Below, piece by piece: positions 38,256 through 50,299 of a DNA stretch of 64,000 nucleotides. Numbering within the stretch: position 1 is the first letter of the stretch; each line of letters starts with the position of its first letter. The position numbers were made by a program, and so were the translations under genes. The stretch is from NCBI RefSeq assembly GCF_006345805.1, contig NC_043005.1:105772001-105836000 (forward strand), read 5' to 3'. This stretch comes from Octopus sinensis. Taxonomy: Eukaryota. Below the pieces are notes generated by a model. The model was not told the DNA's origin. It did not search any database and saw only the letters and a list, made by a program, of their open reading frames with translations.

Positions 38256-38834
38256 AAATCAATCATTTTTATTTACTTAAATTAGTTTTAAATATACAAA
38301 TCATGATTCTCTTAATATTTTTATTCTATCCTTGCTAATCGACATGTAATTTACCATTGATAATCTCCCTCCATTTCCCATTCTTCTTTAATTCCTTTAC
38401 ACCATTCTCCCTTCTTTCCTTTGCTACTCTCTCTTTTCCTTTCTCACCTTTTCTCTTCTTTACACTTATTCTAACAATATGTATGAAATATGTCAAAGCA
38501 AAGAATTAAATCCAATAAAACTAAAAATAACTAAAACTATTGACACCTTCTGTACCTCCCTAACAAAAGAGACACAGCTACATATACACCCCTGCTTACA
38601 AAGTTCTACATACATGAATAACTTTTTTACTTTAATTTGTTGATGGGTTACTCTATATTTTTGTAGAATGCAAATTTATTTTTCGTAAACAAGAATATTA
38701 TTGACAGTTATTTTGAAGTTTCAGCCAGTTAAGCCAGTGGGTTTGAGTGGAGTGGTAATTAGGTTGTAGGGTGGATTGTTATGGAGAGGTGTTCTGAAGA
38801 AATTTTTATAGATTAAATTTGGGGTAATTTTACC

Positions 38835-40364
38835 ACAGTTTGTGAAAACCTACTCTTTATGAAAACTGTACTGAAAAACATGGGAGTGACGATCTACAAT
38901 GAAGTCATGGATTATCTTACTAAAAATGGCATTAATCCCCTCAACCTCATATCAATATGCACTGACGGAGCACCGTCTATGATTGGCAAATCCCAGGGTT
39001 TTGTTGCCAGATGGATAGAATTTAATCCCATCTTCACAATTCATTGTGTTCTCCATCGAGAAAACCTGATAGCAAAAAGAACTGGAAATAATATATTTTC
39101 TGAAACCCTAGACTTAATTGCTTTTGCAGTAAGAAAAATCAAAAGATCTGCTCATCAAGAAGCTTGTAAAGATGAAACGTTCGACATTCTGTTGTATTCG
39201 ACAGATATACGCTGGCTATCAATCGGAAATTGTCTCGGACGTTTTGTGGCACTTTTCGATAAAGTCATAGAGTTCCTTCAACAGACTGATCCAACTATGA
39301 CAGCTTCACTTTCTCAGAAAAAACCTGAGTTTTTTATTTACATGAAATCTTTCAAAAACTTAATGATCTCAATATTTCTTTACAAAAGCAAAACATCAAC
39401 ATTGTATGAGCCAGGCACTTGATAAGGGCATTTGTGAATAAACTTGTTCTTTGGAAACTTCAAATTGAAGATCATAACTTTCTGCAGTTCGCAAACTTAA
39501 AAAACGTTGTGGTAGATAATGGCTTACACAAATATATAATCAGGCATCAATCTTTCCTTCGCGAAAACTTCAATATACGTTTTGAAGATCTTTTGGCTTA
39601 AAATATCCCAATTTTTGTGGACTCTCTTCACACAATGTCTATGAACGATATACTTGTTCAACCAGAATGCTATGTGAGGTGACGGTAGATGATAATCTGT
39701 GTAAATTGTCTGAAAACAACTGGGTCGAGGCTTGGTTCAATCATTTACATGAATATCAAAAGCTGTTTGAACATGTTGAGCCTTTTATTATAAATCTCAA
39801 TAACAATGCAGATTTGAGAATTTGCTTGAGCCAAAAAGAGCCAAGGATTTCTAAGCTTGTGGATAAAAAGCAAGCCCAAGGATCTCAATCTTGATGTTTT
39901 TTCTTGACGTTTTCCCGACGACTTGTCACTGATATTTTTAAGTTAATTCAATTTGCTATATTCCCTCAAACATTTACACGACCTTTTGTAGTGATCCCAA
40001 CTTCGCTCCTCACATTTTTTTAATTTACCCATCACATTGTTATATTTTAACCCTACAGCTTTTTTTCTGAATAAAAAGGGGGTGTTTTCCATGACTCAGT
40101 AACCTTTTCTATTCAATTCTATCAAATAAACTTTTCTTGAGAATCATGTGTATTTGCAAACTGGGTTTGTTATTGGTGTTCCCAGTTATTTGTTCTCTGT
40201 GATGTCCCTTACAAGAACGAAAAAGAAACTTTCATTGCAAAGTGAAAATAATACTAATATTTATGATAGCAGTTCTTTTATAATAAATTTAAAATTTCAG
40301 GTGGTCCACAGGAAAAAATTACTTGTTTTGGTGGTCCACAGTTAAAAAAGGTTGGGAACCCTTG
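38835..40364 (+). mobile_element. 5'-truncated hAT (Charlie-type) transposon with frameshifted transposase
   Basis: ICTDGAPSMIG, HCVLHRENL and IRWLS motifs (38859-39422), continuing at 39419-39894; 3' end ggttgggaacccttg at 40364 followed by ttctaaag. Confidence 0.88.
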
Positions 40365-40699
40365 TTCTAAAGTATAGAGCAGTAATGTATTTATATTCAG
40401 TTGAGTATGTGTCTGGTGATGGCTTTGAAGATGACTCGTCAGAATCTAATGGCAGAGGGTATATAACCTCTCTTCAATTTGGAGGTAGAAAACTGTAATG
40501 GTCAGTTAATTTGGAAAGAAAAAATAATATACGCTGTTTGAGCTTTAAACAGGATGTTATTTCCCTTAGACTGATCCAGATGGAAAATCTTATGGACCTA
40601 AAGGGAAAACTGAGAATCTCTGCCTTTAGGCTGTTTCTGGTCTGCAAGAACTTTCTCCCCTCTAATTGATGAATGGGGAAACCCATGCCTGCAGTAGAT

Positions 40700-40900
40700 A
40701 GCATTTGAAATGGGGGCAAGAGCTATAGATCTCATATCTTGAGTTTAAGAGAGATTTGGGTTCAGTGAATCTTTTAGGATCCTTGCCCACTCTGCTATGC
40801 AAAACTTGCCTTATCTGCTCCTGTTTATATAGAAAACTAGCTGCTCTATGATCTTCCATTTAATTTCATATGTGATTCCTTTATCCCTATGGTGCCACAC
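40700..40900 (-). mobile_element. PLE GIY-YIG C-terminal remnant
   Basis: WHHRDKGITYEIKWKII...KFCIAE..IL...N resembles IW.LKDK...Y.IKW.I...C.LC..E. Confidence 0.55.
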
Positions 40901-41938
40901 TTGACTGACCAGGGACATGACATAACATCTTTCTGGAACCCTAAAAGAGGACCTGTGGTTGTACAGGCGCTACTTAAAGGCAGTTCTAGCCCACCTGATA
41001 TATCTCTGAACTTGAGTGCTGGTTGTGTTCATGCCTCTGGTGTATCTTCTGTTGGCTCTGCGCTTGGAATTGTTGCTGCTGCTGTTGTTGGAGCTGCCAT
41101 TGGTGCTGCTAACATGGAACATGGGTCTGGTGATATTTCTGTAGTCATCCACAGCCATAGTGATGGTGTTGCTGCTGCTGCTGCTGATGTTGTGGCTTCT
41201 GTCGCTGCTAATACTGGGTGTGGGATTGGTAGCTGCAGTCGTTGCTGTCAGTGCTGGTCAGCCACTCAATGTGTTGCTACCATTGTTGTCATTGTCATCA
41301 ACGTTGAATAAGCAGCTGTTGCTTTTACTCAGGTTGCTAGGCCTGGCGGGGTGAGGGTGGGGGCTGTGAGGGTATCCAGCCCTAACAACCAGAGTAAATT
41401 CTCATAACAAAGTTAAGGTATGTGAAGTTGTGGACTACATCCAGTTCACAGTTGTTGATGGTAATTACAGAGATCTCAACTCAGATGGTTGAAGGCCTTC
41501 TTAAAATCAATGTAAATGATGCACAGTGATTAATTTTACTTTCTGCCTTTTTCTTTTGATTTAATTGCCAAAGGGAGAAAACCTATCAGTTGTGGAGCAT
41601 TCTCACCTGACGCCATACTGAAACTTAAGTGGGAGTTGTACTTTTTCAGGAATTTCATTAGCATTTCGGACCCTGTAATTGAAAATCTTCTCAGCAAAGT
41701 GATCTTCTGGCATTGCTACTGTTGCTTCTATTCCATTTACCTTTTTAGATGGTACCAATATTGCAGTCTCTCATATCTTCTTTTTCTACTCTTTTACAGT
41801 ACTGAAGCAGTTGTTTGTGTAGGTTTTGCATCAGGATGCCCTTCGCATACATGATGCCATTTGGTGGGATGCTATGAAAGCCCTTGCTAGTGGGAAAAAA
41901 AAAAACAATTAATAGCTTTACTCATGTGTGTGTGTGTG

Positions 41939-41969
<31 letters not shown>

Positions 41970-43824
41970 TGTGTGTGTTTGTGTGTGTGTGTGTATGTTG
42001 TGAGTATGTGCATGTGTGTCTATATACACAATGGACTTCTTTCAGTTTCCATCTATTAAATCCACTCACATGTCTTTTGTCTGCTCGGAGCTGTAGTAGA
42101 AGACACTTGCCCAACATGCCAGAATCAAGTAATTTGGAAGCAAACGTTTTAACCACACAGCTACACCTATCTTCCAAATTGGGAGTGGGATATCCTTCTT
42201 ATTCATATGTGAAGAAAATTGATTTTGTTAGTTTTTTGTATCATAATGTGCCAATGGAAAAGTTGGTATTAACGTATTTTTTACAGGAAGCATTAAAAAG
42301 CTAATTAGAAATAATTATAAAGATAATATTAGTCTATGACTAATGTTATTTTAACTTTCAATTTTTCTTATTCCACTGTGGTTAATTGTTTTGAAAATAA
42401 TGTGTCAAGCAAAGTTACGTTTTTGACCAAGTACATAATACAAAAACTGTGGTTTTAAGGTGGTAAGATACTAATTGTAAACTCTAACCTGTTTAACATC
42501 AATGCTATTGTACCTCTGATCAAATTAATTCTTAAACAAAACCTGAAATTTGAGTAAAGACTATTTTGTTAAGAATTTCAGAAGTAATGAGAAAGCCACA
42601 AGTTTTGTTTAATGAATTGCAATAATGATATAAAAAATATATAAAGAGGTTATAACTGTAATTAATTGATATTAAAATAGTGTTAGCATATTTAATTCTA
42701 AGTGCTTTAATAAACTGACTAGAATTAATTATGCTGTAGAAAATCTTTTAGTTAATGGCTTACATTATTTTAATTGTTCCTGCAAATATGAAAAATATTA
42801 TCTTAATGATAAGGTCATTATAGGTCATAAACATGTCTATCATGTTTCTGGCCTATTATGACCTCCTCAGGGAAATAAAGTTGTAAAATGTACAAATTAT
42901 AAAATTGCTGTTGTAGATGATCAAAATTATTCCAAGAATAAATTATTTTGAGTAATTTTTTTTTTAACTATTTCATATTTAATCAATTTATGTTATAATC
43001 AACTCAGCTAAAAACATGTACCAGAAACAACTGGAGGTTAATCCGGCACTGGACTGGGTTCCCATTCAAGGAAGAGTATTGCGTTTTCTGTTGTTTATAT
43101 ACTATGGAAACAAGGACAATCTGTGGTGCACTAAGCCAGTGACAGACCTAAGACCTAAGATTTGATCAATCTTAGAAAGGCAAAATCAAAATAAAATTTG
43201 CTAGGATTTAAATTTTTTGTTCGTGCTGGAAGAATGAAATGTAAAGTAGACTACAATGAGATTTGAACCCAGTAAATGAAGGGTTGTAACTAAATACTTC
43301 AAGACACTTTTCTCCCCCAGATCTCTAAAAGAAACATAAAAATACAGGTTTAGAGGACAGAAACAGTGAGTTGAATTGATTTCATTATTTAATTGATACA
43401 GACTGTATTGGCTTTCCTGTTCCTTGGAAGAATGGTAGGCAAAGTCTACCTTGGTCAGATTTAAGTTGAACATATAAAGAAAGGGCTCAACTAAATATTA
43501 CAAAGAATTATGTCCAATGTTTTACCATGTCATCCAAGATTTTTGTCCTAAGCTCTACCAATTTAAGCAAAAAGCTTGTCCTTTAAGGAACTAAATATTA
43601 TTAGCTAACAAAGGGGCTGCCATCTTATTGCTTGATTTGCTGGAAATAGTAGCCAAACTTATCTTTACAGATTAAAAAAAATAAATGAAGAACAAATTGG
43701 GTAATGTGGTGCCAAGTGTACAAAAGCAAGGGAGGATCATGGCTGCCTTTGATCACAGATCCATAAAATCAGGGGTGACCTAGGGGTAAAGAACAACAGA
43801 AACAACAAGAACAACAATGCTAGA

Positions 43825-43978
43825 TAATAATGATAACAACAATAACAGTAATAATAGTGATAATAATAATAATAATAACAACAACAACAACAATAATAAT
43901 AATAACAATAATAATAATAATAATAATAATATTAATAATAATAATAATAATACTATTAATAATAATAATAATAATACT

Positions 43979-44018
<40 letters not shown>
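43825..44018. repeat. (AAT)n/(AAC)n microsatellite
   Basis: Direct reading. Confidence 0.95.
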
Positions 44019-44480
44019 TTGGGATTTACCAATACACACAGATAGAGAAATTAAGGCCAACAGGCCAGATATAGTTGTCAAAGATCATGAAGAAAAAATG
44101 CTTTTTTACTGATGTATCAATACTAGCAGATGACAACGCTTCTCTAAAAAAAATGGAGAAACTTTCAAAATACAAAGACCTGGAAATAGAGGTAACTCGA
44201 ATGTGGAATCTAAAAATAGAAATAATTCCTATCATAGTGGGCGCATTAGGTATGATAAAAAATATTCAGACAAATACATAACAAAAACACTAGGACTTAC
44301 AAATATATATAACATACAGAAAATTGCACTACTTGGCACTGCACACATCCTATGCAAAACACTTTCAATACAGTAACCATCAGGGAGCATCACAGCAAAC
44401 CACAGCACATACCCAAGGCACACAGAGCTGTGCTCGGTAGTGAAGTGAAAGCATGTTATAAAAATAAAACTATTGAATAA
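44019..44480 (+). mobile_element. R4/Dong-like retrotransposon 3' fragment (restriction-like endonuclease)
   Basis: WDLPIHTDREIKANRPDIVV...DVSI..D.N...K.EKLSKYKDLEIEV.RMW...IIPIIVGALG; flanked by (AAT)n on both sides. Confidence 0.8.
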
Positions 44481-44539
44481 TAATAATAGTAATAATAATA
44501 ATAATGATGATGATGATGATGATAATAGGGAAAGATCAA

Positions 44540-44741
44540 GGCTAATCAACCAGATATTATTGCCAAGGACCAACGAGTGGAAAATATGCCTTCTAGTTGA
44601 CATATCAGTCCCAACAGTGTATCTCTGAAAGAAATAGAGAAACTCTTGAAATACAAAGATCTAAAAATAGAGATAACCTGAATGTGGAACCTGAAGACAG
44701 AAGCAATCCCTATAATAATAGGCACTTCAGGTATGGTCTTA

Positions 44742-44745
<4 letters not shown>
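44540..44745 (+). mobile_element. second, more decayed R4/Dong-like fragment (continues at 49330-49560)
   Basis: Nucleotide similarity to 44060-44250. Confidence 0.7.
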
Positions 44746-44784
<39 letters not shown>

Positions 44785-45009
44785 CACACACACACACATA
44801 TATATATATAATATATATATATATAATATATATATATCATCATCATCATCATCATCATCATTTAGCGTCCGCTTTCCATGCTAGCATGGGTTGGACGGTT
44901 CAACTGGGGTCTGGGGAGCCCGAAGGCTGCACCAGGCCAGTCAGATCTGGCAGTGTTTCTACAGCTGGATGCCCTTCCTAACGCCAACCACTCCGAGAGT
45001 GTAGTGGGT

Positions 45010-46480
45010 GATTTTATGTGCCACCGACACAGGTGCCAGACGAGGCTGGCGAACGGCCACGCTCGGATGGTGTTTTTATGTGCCACCGACACAGGTGCCA
45101 GACGAGGCTGGCAGACGGCAACGCTCGGATGGTGTTTTTATGTGCCACCGACACAGGTGCCAGATGAGGCTGGCGGACGGCCACGATCGGATGGTGTTTG
45201 TTACGTCCCCAAAGCACGGAGGCCAGTCTATGCGGTACTGGCTACGGCCACGTTCGGATGATTTTCTTGTGTGCCACCGGCACTGGTACCACAAAGATAC
45301 AAATTCCATTTATGTTCATCTATTTTGATTTGTTTTGATTTGATTTGATTTGATTTTGATTTTCACTTGCCTCAACAGGTCTTCACAAGTGTCACAAGAA
45401 GGAAGGTATGCATAGGTGGACTGTCTACTTCGCCGGGTCTTCGGATGGTGTCTTTATGTGCCACCGACACAGGTGCCAGATGTGGCTGGCGAACAGCCAC
45501 GATCGGATGGTTTTCTTGTGTGCCACCGGTACTGGAACCACAAAGATACAAATTCCATTGATGTTCATCTATTTTGATTTGGTTTGATTTTCACTTGCCT
45601 CACAGGTCTTCACAAGTGTCACGCGTGTCACACACTTGCCTCAACAGGTCTCCACAAGTGTGACACACTTGCCTCTGCCTCAACAGGTCTTCACAAGTGT
45701 CACACACTTGCCTCTGCCTCAACAGGTCTTCACAAGTGTCATAAGAGGGAAGGTATGCACAGGTGGACTGACTACGTCGCCGGGTCTTTGGATGGTGTTT
45801 TTATGTGCCACCGACACAGGTGCCAGGTGAGGCTGGCGAACGGCCACGATCAGATGGTGTTTGTTGTGCCCACAGCATGGAGGCCAGTCGACGGCCACGT
45901 TCGGATGGTTTTCTTGTGTGCCACCGGTACTGGAACCACAAAGATACAAATTCCATTGATATTCATCTATTTTGATTTGGTTTGATTTTGATTTTCACTT
46001 GCCTCAACAGGTCTTCACAAGGGTCACACACTTGCCTCAACAGGTCTCCACAAGTGTCACACACTTGCCTCTGCCTCAACAGGTCTTCACAAGTGTCACA
46101 CACTTGCCTCAACAGGTCTTCACAAGTGTCATAAGAGGGAAGGTATGCACAGGTGGACTGACTACGTCGCCGGGTCTTCGGATGGTGTCTTTATGTGCCA
46201 CCGGCACAGGTGCCAGATGAGGCTGGCGAACGGCCACGATCGGATGGTGTGTGTTGTGCCCACAGCACGGAGGCCAGTCGATGCGGTACTGGTTACGGCC
46301 ACGTTTGGGTGGTTTTCTTGTGTGCCACCGGCACTGGTACCACAAAGAATACAATTCCACTGATGTTCATCTATTTTGATTTGTTTTGATTTGATTTGAT
46401 TTGATTTTCACTTGCCTCAACAGGTCTTCATAAGTGTCACAAGAAGGAAGGTATGCACAGGACTGACTACGTCCCCGGTC
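45010..46480 (-). repeat. hierarchical tandem repeats in the RTE 3' UTR
   Basis: 62-bp units at 45016/45078/45140; large units marked at 45301/45550/45948/46353; nested cacttgcctcaacaggtcttcacaagtgtcaca sub-repeats. Confidence 0.9.
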
Positions 46481-46502
46481 GGGGCCACGGGTTATGGCCT
46501 GA

Positions 46503-48707
46503 CTAGTCTTGCCGGGTCTTCTCATGCACAGCATACTTCCATAGGTCTCGGTCTCTAGACATTTCCTTAGTGAGACCTAAAGTTCGAAGGTCGTGCTTCA
46601 CCACCTCGTCCCAGGTTTTCCTGGGTCTACCTCTTCCACAGGTTCCCTCCACTGCTAGGGTGTAGCACTTTTGCTCACAACTATCTTCAGCCTTTCTTGT
46701 CACATGACCATACCAGCGCAGCCGTCTCTCTTGCACGCCACAACTGACGCTTCTTAGGTTCAACTTTTCTCTCAAGGAACTTACACTCTGACGATTATGA
46801 ACACTGACATTACACATCCATCGGAGCATACTGGCTTCATTTCTTGCGAGCTTACGCATATCCTCAGCAGTCACGGCCCATGTTTCACTACCATGTAGCA
46901 TGGCTGTACGTACACATGCATCATACAGTCTGCCTTTTACTCTGAGCGAGAGGCCTTTTGTCACCAGCAGGGGTAAGAGCTCTCTAAACTTTGCCCAGGC
47001 TATTCTTACTCTAGCAGTTACACTTTCAGCACACCCACCCCCGCTACTGACTTGGTCTCCTAGGTAGCGGAAGCTATCAACTACTTCTAGTTTGTCTCCC
47101 TGGAACGTGGCAGAAGTTGGTCTCTGCATATTTCCAGTGTTTATTGCTCCTGAGCATTTGCCACAGACAAAAACTATTTTCCTAGTTAGCCTTCCTTTGA
47201 CATTGCTGCACCTCTTATGTGTCCATAGCTTACACTTGGTGCATCTTATAGAGTTTCTACCTACACCTTTTTTACAGATCGAGCAGGGCCATCTACCTGA
47301 AGGCGTTTGTGATTGATCTACCTTCCTACTTATTAGAACTTTGGTTTTGGCTAGGTTGATTCTAAGGCCCTTCGATTCTAATCCTTGTTTCCACACCTGA
47401 AACTTCTCCTCCAGTTCTGATAGTGACTCAGCAATTAGAGCAAGGTCATCAGCATAGAGGAGCTCCCAGGGGCAACCTGTCTTGAATTCCTCCGTTATTG
47501 CCTGGAGGACTATGATAAATAGGAGGGGACTGAGGACTGAACCTTGGTGGACCCCAACCTCTACCCGGAATTCTTCACTGTACTCGTTGCCAACCCTCAC
47601 CTTACTAGCAGCGTCTCTGTACATGGCTTGCACAGCTCTCACCAACCATTCTTCTATCCCTAGTTTCCTCATTGACCACCAGATAAGGGACCGGGGGACC
47701 CTGTCAAAGGCTTTCTCCAAGTCAACAAAAGCCAGGTACAAGGGCTTATCTTTGGCTAGGTATTTCTCCTGCAGCTGTCTTACCAGGAATATAGCATCAG
47801 TAGTACTTTTCCCTGGCACGAACCCAAACTGCATATCATCTAAGGTAACTCTCTCTCTAATTAGTTGGGCTACAACCCTCTCCGTAACCTTCATTACCTG
47901 ATCCAGCAGCTTGATGCCCCTGTAGTTATTTGTCTCTAGGGCGTCGCCTTTACCTTTGTAGCAGTTGACTATTATGCTGCTACACCAGTCATTGGGTATG
48001 ACCCCCTCGTGTATCACCTGGTTAACTATACGGGTGACTAAGCTATAGCCGACACCACCAGATATTTTGAGCATCTCTGCAGTAATTCCTGATGGGCCTG
48101 GGGCTTTCCCTGTTTTCATGCTTCTGATTGCCTTATCTACTAAGGAACTGTTAACTCGGATTGCTGGTCCCTCTGTTGGGTCGACATTCGGCAGACTCTC
48201 TTTATCCCATTCATTTTCCTCATTCAGCAACCTTTCATAGTGGCGTCTCCAAGCTTCTCTCTTTGCATCCTCATTTAACGCAAGTGAACCATCCTCCATG
48301 CGAACACATTTCTCTCCTACCACGTCACGATTCTCTCTCACACACTGTCTTGCAACACGAAATACCTCAAGTCTTTCATCCTCACGACGCAGGACATTGG
48401 CAAATTTTTCCTTATCTGCCTCCCCTCTGGCTAGATAGACCTGTCTCCTGGCTTCCCTTCTGGCAGACTGATACACTTCCCTGCTACCACCGTTCTTCCG
48501 GGCCTTCCAAGCCTGTTTCTTTTGTCTAATAGCCCTGTCAACAATATTGTTCCACCACCACGTTATTTTGGGTCTTAAGGGGACTTTGCACCAGCCACAG
48601 ATCTGGTCAGCGGCTTTCAGCAGGTTGTCCCTCAGAAGCGTCCAGTTGTCTTCTACCCCATGCGTAGCTATACTCCCTTCCATTTCGTCTAAGGCTTCAA
48701 ATAACAT
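46503..48707 (-). CDS. RTE reverse transcriptase ORF (734 aa from ATG; frame stays open upstream to about 48953)
   Basis: NYRGIKLL, QFGF, FVDLEKAFDRVP, GVHQGSVLSP, LLYADDL, FRYLGD, RLRWYGHV motifs; internal C-x2-C region. Confidence 0.95.
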   Translation of the reverse strand: MLFEALDEMEGSIATHGVEDNWTLLRDNLLKAADQICGWCKVPLRPKITWWWNNIVDRAIRQKKQAWKARKNGGSREVYQSARREARRQVYLARGEADKEKFANVLRREDERLEVFRVARQCVRENRDVVGEKCVRMEDGSLALNEDAKREAWRRHYERLLNEENEWDKESLPNVDPTEGPAIRVNSSLVDKAIRSMKTGKAPGPSGITAEMLKISGGVGYSLVTRIVNQVIHEGVIPNDWCSSIIVNCYKGKGDALETNNYRGIKLLDQVMKVTERVVAQLIRERVTLDDMQFGFVPGKSTTDAIFLVRQLQEKYLAKDKPLYLAFVDLEKAFDRVPRSLIWWSMRKLGIEEWLVRAVQAMYRDAASKVRVGNEYSEEFRVEVGVHQGSVLSPLLFIIVLQAITEEFKTGCPWELLYADDLALIAESLSELEEKFQVWKQGLESKGLRINLAKTKVLISRKVDQSQTPSGRWPCSICKKGVGRNSIRCTKCKLWTHKRCSNVKGRLTRKIVFVCGKCSGAINTGNMQRPTSATFQGDKLEVVDSFRYLGDQVSSGGGCAESVTARVRIAWAKFRELLPLLVTKGLSLRVKGRLYDACVRTAMLHGSETWAVTAEDMRKLARNEASMLRWMCNVSVHNRQSVSSLREKLNLRSVSCGVQERRLRWYGHVTRKAEDSCEQKCYTLAVEGTCGRGRPRKTWDEVVKHDLRTLGLTKEMSRDRDLWKYAVHEKTRQD

Positions 48708-48953
48708 ATCTCTAAATCTCTGTCCATTCGCAGGGTCTTTAAGCTTCCAGACCCTTCTTCTCCATGTTGGTCGTCTTCTAGTCGCCCTCTTTGTCCTGAT
48801 CCTAAAGTCACTAACTACCAGTCTATGTTGTGGGGTGCATTCTTCACCTGGGAAGGTTTTGGCATTTATAAGCAGCCATCTTTCCCTTTTTCTGGCAAGG
48901 ATGTAGTCGATTTGGCTAGTATGCCGGCCCGATCGGTAGGTGGCCAGGTGGCT

Positions 48954-49153
48954 GTCGGTTTCCTGAAGTTAGTGTTGCAAATCATAAGACTATTCGCATC
49001 GCAGAACTCCAGCAGCCTGGTTCCCTCCTCGTTGCGGGAACCATAACCGTAGCCTCCATGCACGCCATGGAAGCCCCCAGCACGTCGTCCAACATGCCCA
49101 TTGAAGTCACCAGCCACAAAGAGAAGGTCCCTGTCGTTCGTCAATGATGTGGT
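48954..49153 (-). pseudogene. frameshifted N-terminal endonuclease piece of the RTE ORF
   Basis: LFVAGDFNGHVG...RNEEGTRLLEFCDAN.LMICNTNFRKP, then a 1-nt shift into the SHLATYRSG...QIDY frame. Confidence 0.85.
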
Positions 49154-49329
49154 CATATATTTATATAAATAAGGATAAGATCGATATTTAGATATCGATC
49201 TTATCAAGTGGCCAGCATGGGAATAAAAACTTTACCAAGGTAATAATTATTTAAAATTATAATTTAGGGTATCTGAGAGATACCACCATGCTGAAATAGC
49301 AGTCAAAACCTAACTCTAAAGCCATAAAA

Positions 49330-49338
49330 CAGGTCTTA

Positions 49339-49374
<36 letters not shown>

Positions 49375-49560
49375 GTACAGAAAATATAACTGCTAGCTAC
49401 TACACACACATTCAATGAAGAGCATTCTGAATAACAGTAAAAATAATAACAGCAAAAGAATCCACAGCTTTTACTCAAGGCACACAGAACTGGGGTTGGT
49501 AGCACCTTGAAAGCACGCAATAATTTTATAAGACTACTGAACAACAACAACAATAACAAC
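49330..49560 (+). mobile_element. 3' end of the second R4/Dong-like copy
   Basis: tacagaaaat...caaggcacacaga...gaaagca...ctactgaacaacaac parallels 44300-44480. Confidence 0.65.
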
Positions 49561-50075
49561 AAAAATGTTAATATTCAAAAAGAAAGTTAACTAATTATAC
49601 AGCATTTTTTATAAATCTTTTATTAAAATCCTGATGACAATTAGTATTGCATCTAACATCTGGCAGAAAACTTTGGATAAAGTTTCTCTAACTGAGAATG
49701 GTTCTTAAGTATTGCAGCTGCTGATTAGTTGCATGGAAATTGATGGTATTACAGTTCAGAATAATGAAAGACAATTATGCAAATAAATAAATGAATAAAT
49801 AAATAATGGAGATTTTCGGTAGCAAATACGCAAAGAGATGCCAGACGCATGCACAACAGATTTGTTTTGTCTCTCCCGGACTGTTCTTTCAGCTTTATTA
49901 TTACGGAGGTGTCAGATATTTCACATGTAAAACAATAATACAAATATTTAGAAAGAAAGAAAAAAGAGTACAAGAATGACAACAACAACATCATCTCGCC
50001 ACTGGATGATTGAACGATAATGATTAAGACTAAAGAAATGCATGTGTGTGTGTGTGTGTGTGTTTGTGCGTGTGC

Positions 50076-50127
<52 letters not shown>

Positions 50128-50255
50128 CAATAATCAACATTGGAAAACATCTGCAGCAACAAGAACAATATTAAGCGATTTATCAAGTAATACAACAGAA
50201 CACAAAACAAAACACAAAACAAGGAGAAAAAATATAAATATTAACTCACAGATAC

Positions 50256-50299
<44 letters not shown>

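Larger units (their letters stand above)
44839..49153 (-). mobile_element. RTE-clade LINE, 5'-truncated, with long repetitive 3' UTR and (GAT)n tail
   Basis: APE-endonuclease end (GDFNGHVG...QIDYIL...QHRLVV), RT ORF, 3' UTR, (atc)n at 44839-44860. Confidence 0.95.

Noticed and set aside
40420-40460. Minus-strand CTGACGA downstream of the PLE endonuclease remnant
   Set aside because: No GAAA follows the possible gtc/gac stem.
40889-41354. Ala/Val/Gly-rich ORF as a host exon
   Set aside because: Degenerate GCT/GTT low-complexity sequence without splice or domain support.
45010-46480. CRISPR-like array or ribozyme array in the RTE UTR repeats
   Set aside because: Eukaryotic LINE context, no unique spacers, and no complete CUGANGA/GAAA core found by eye.
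49860-49935. Polypyrimidine acceptor (ctgttctttcag) followed by LYYYGGVRYFHM*
   Set aside because: Acceptor-like signal only; too short to identify, no partner exons.
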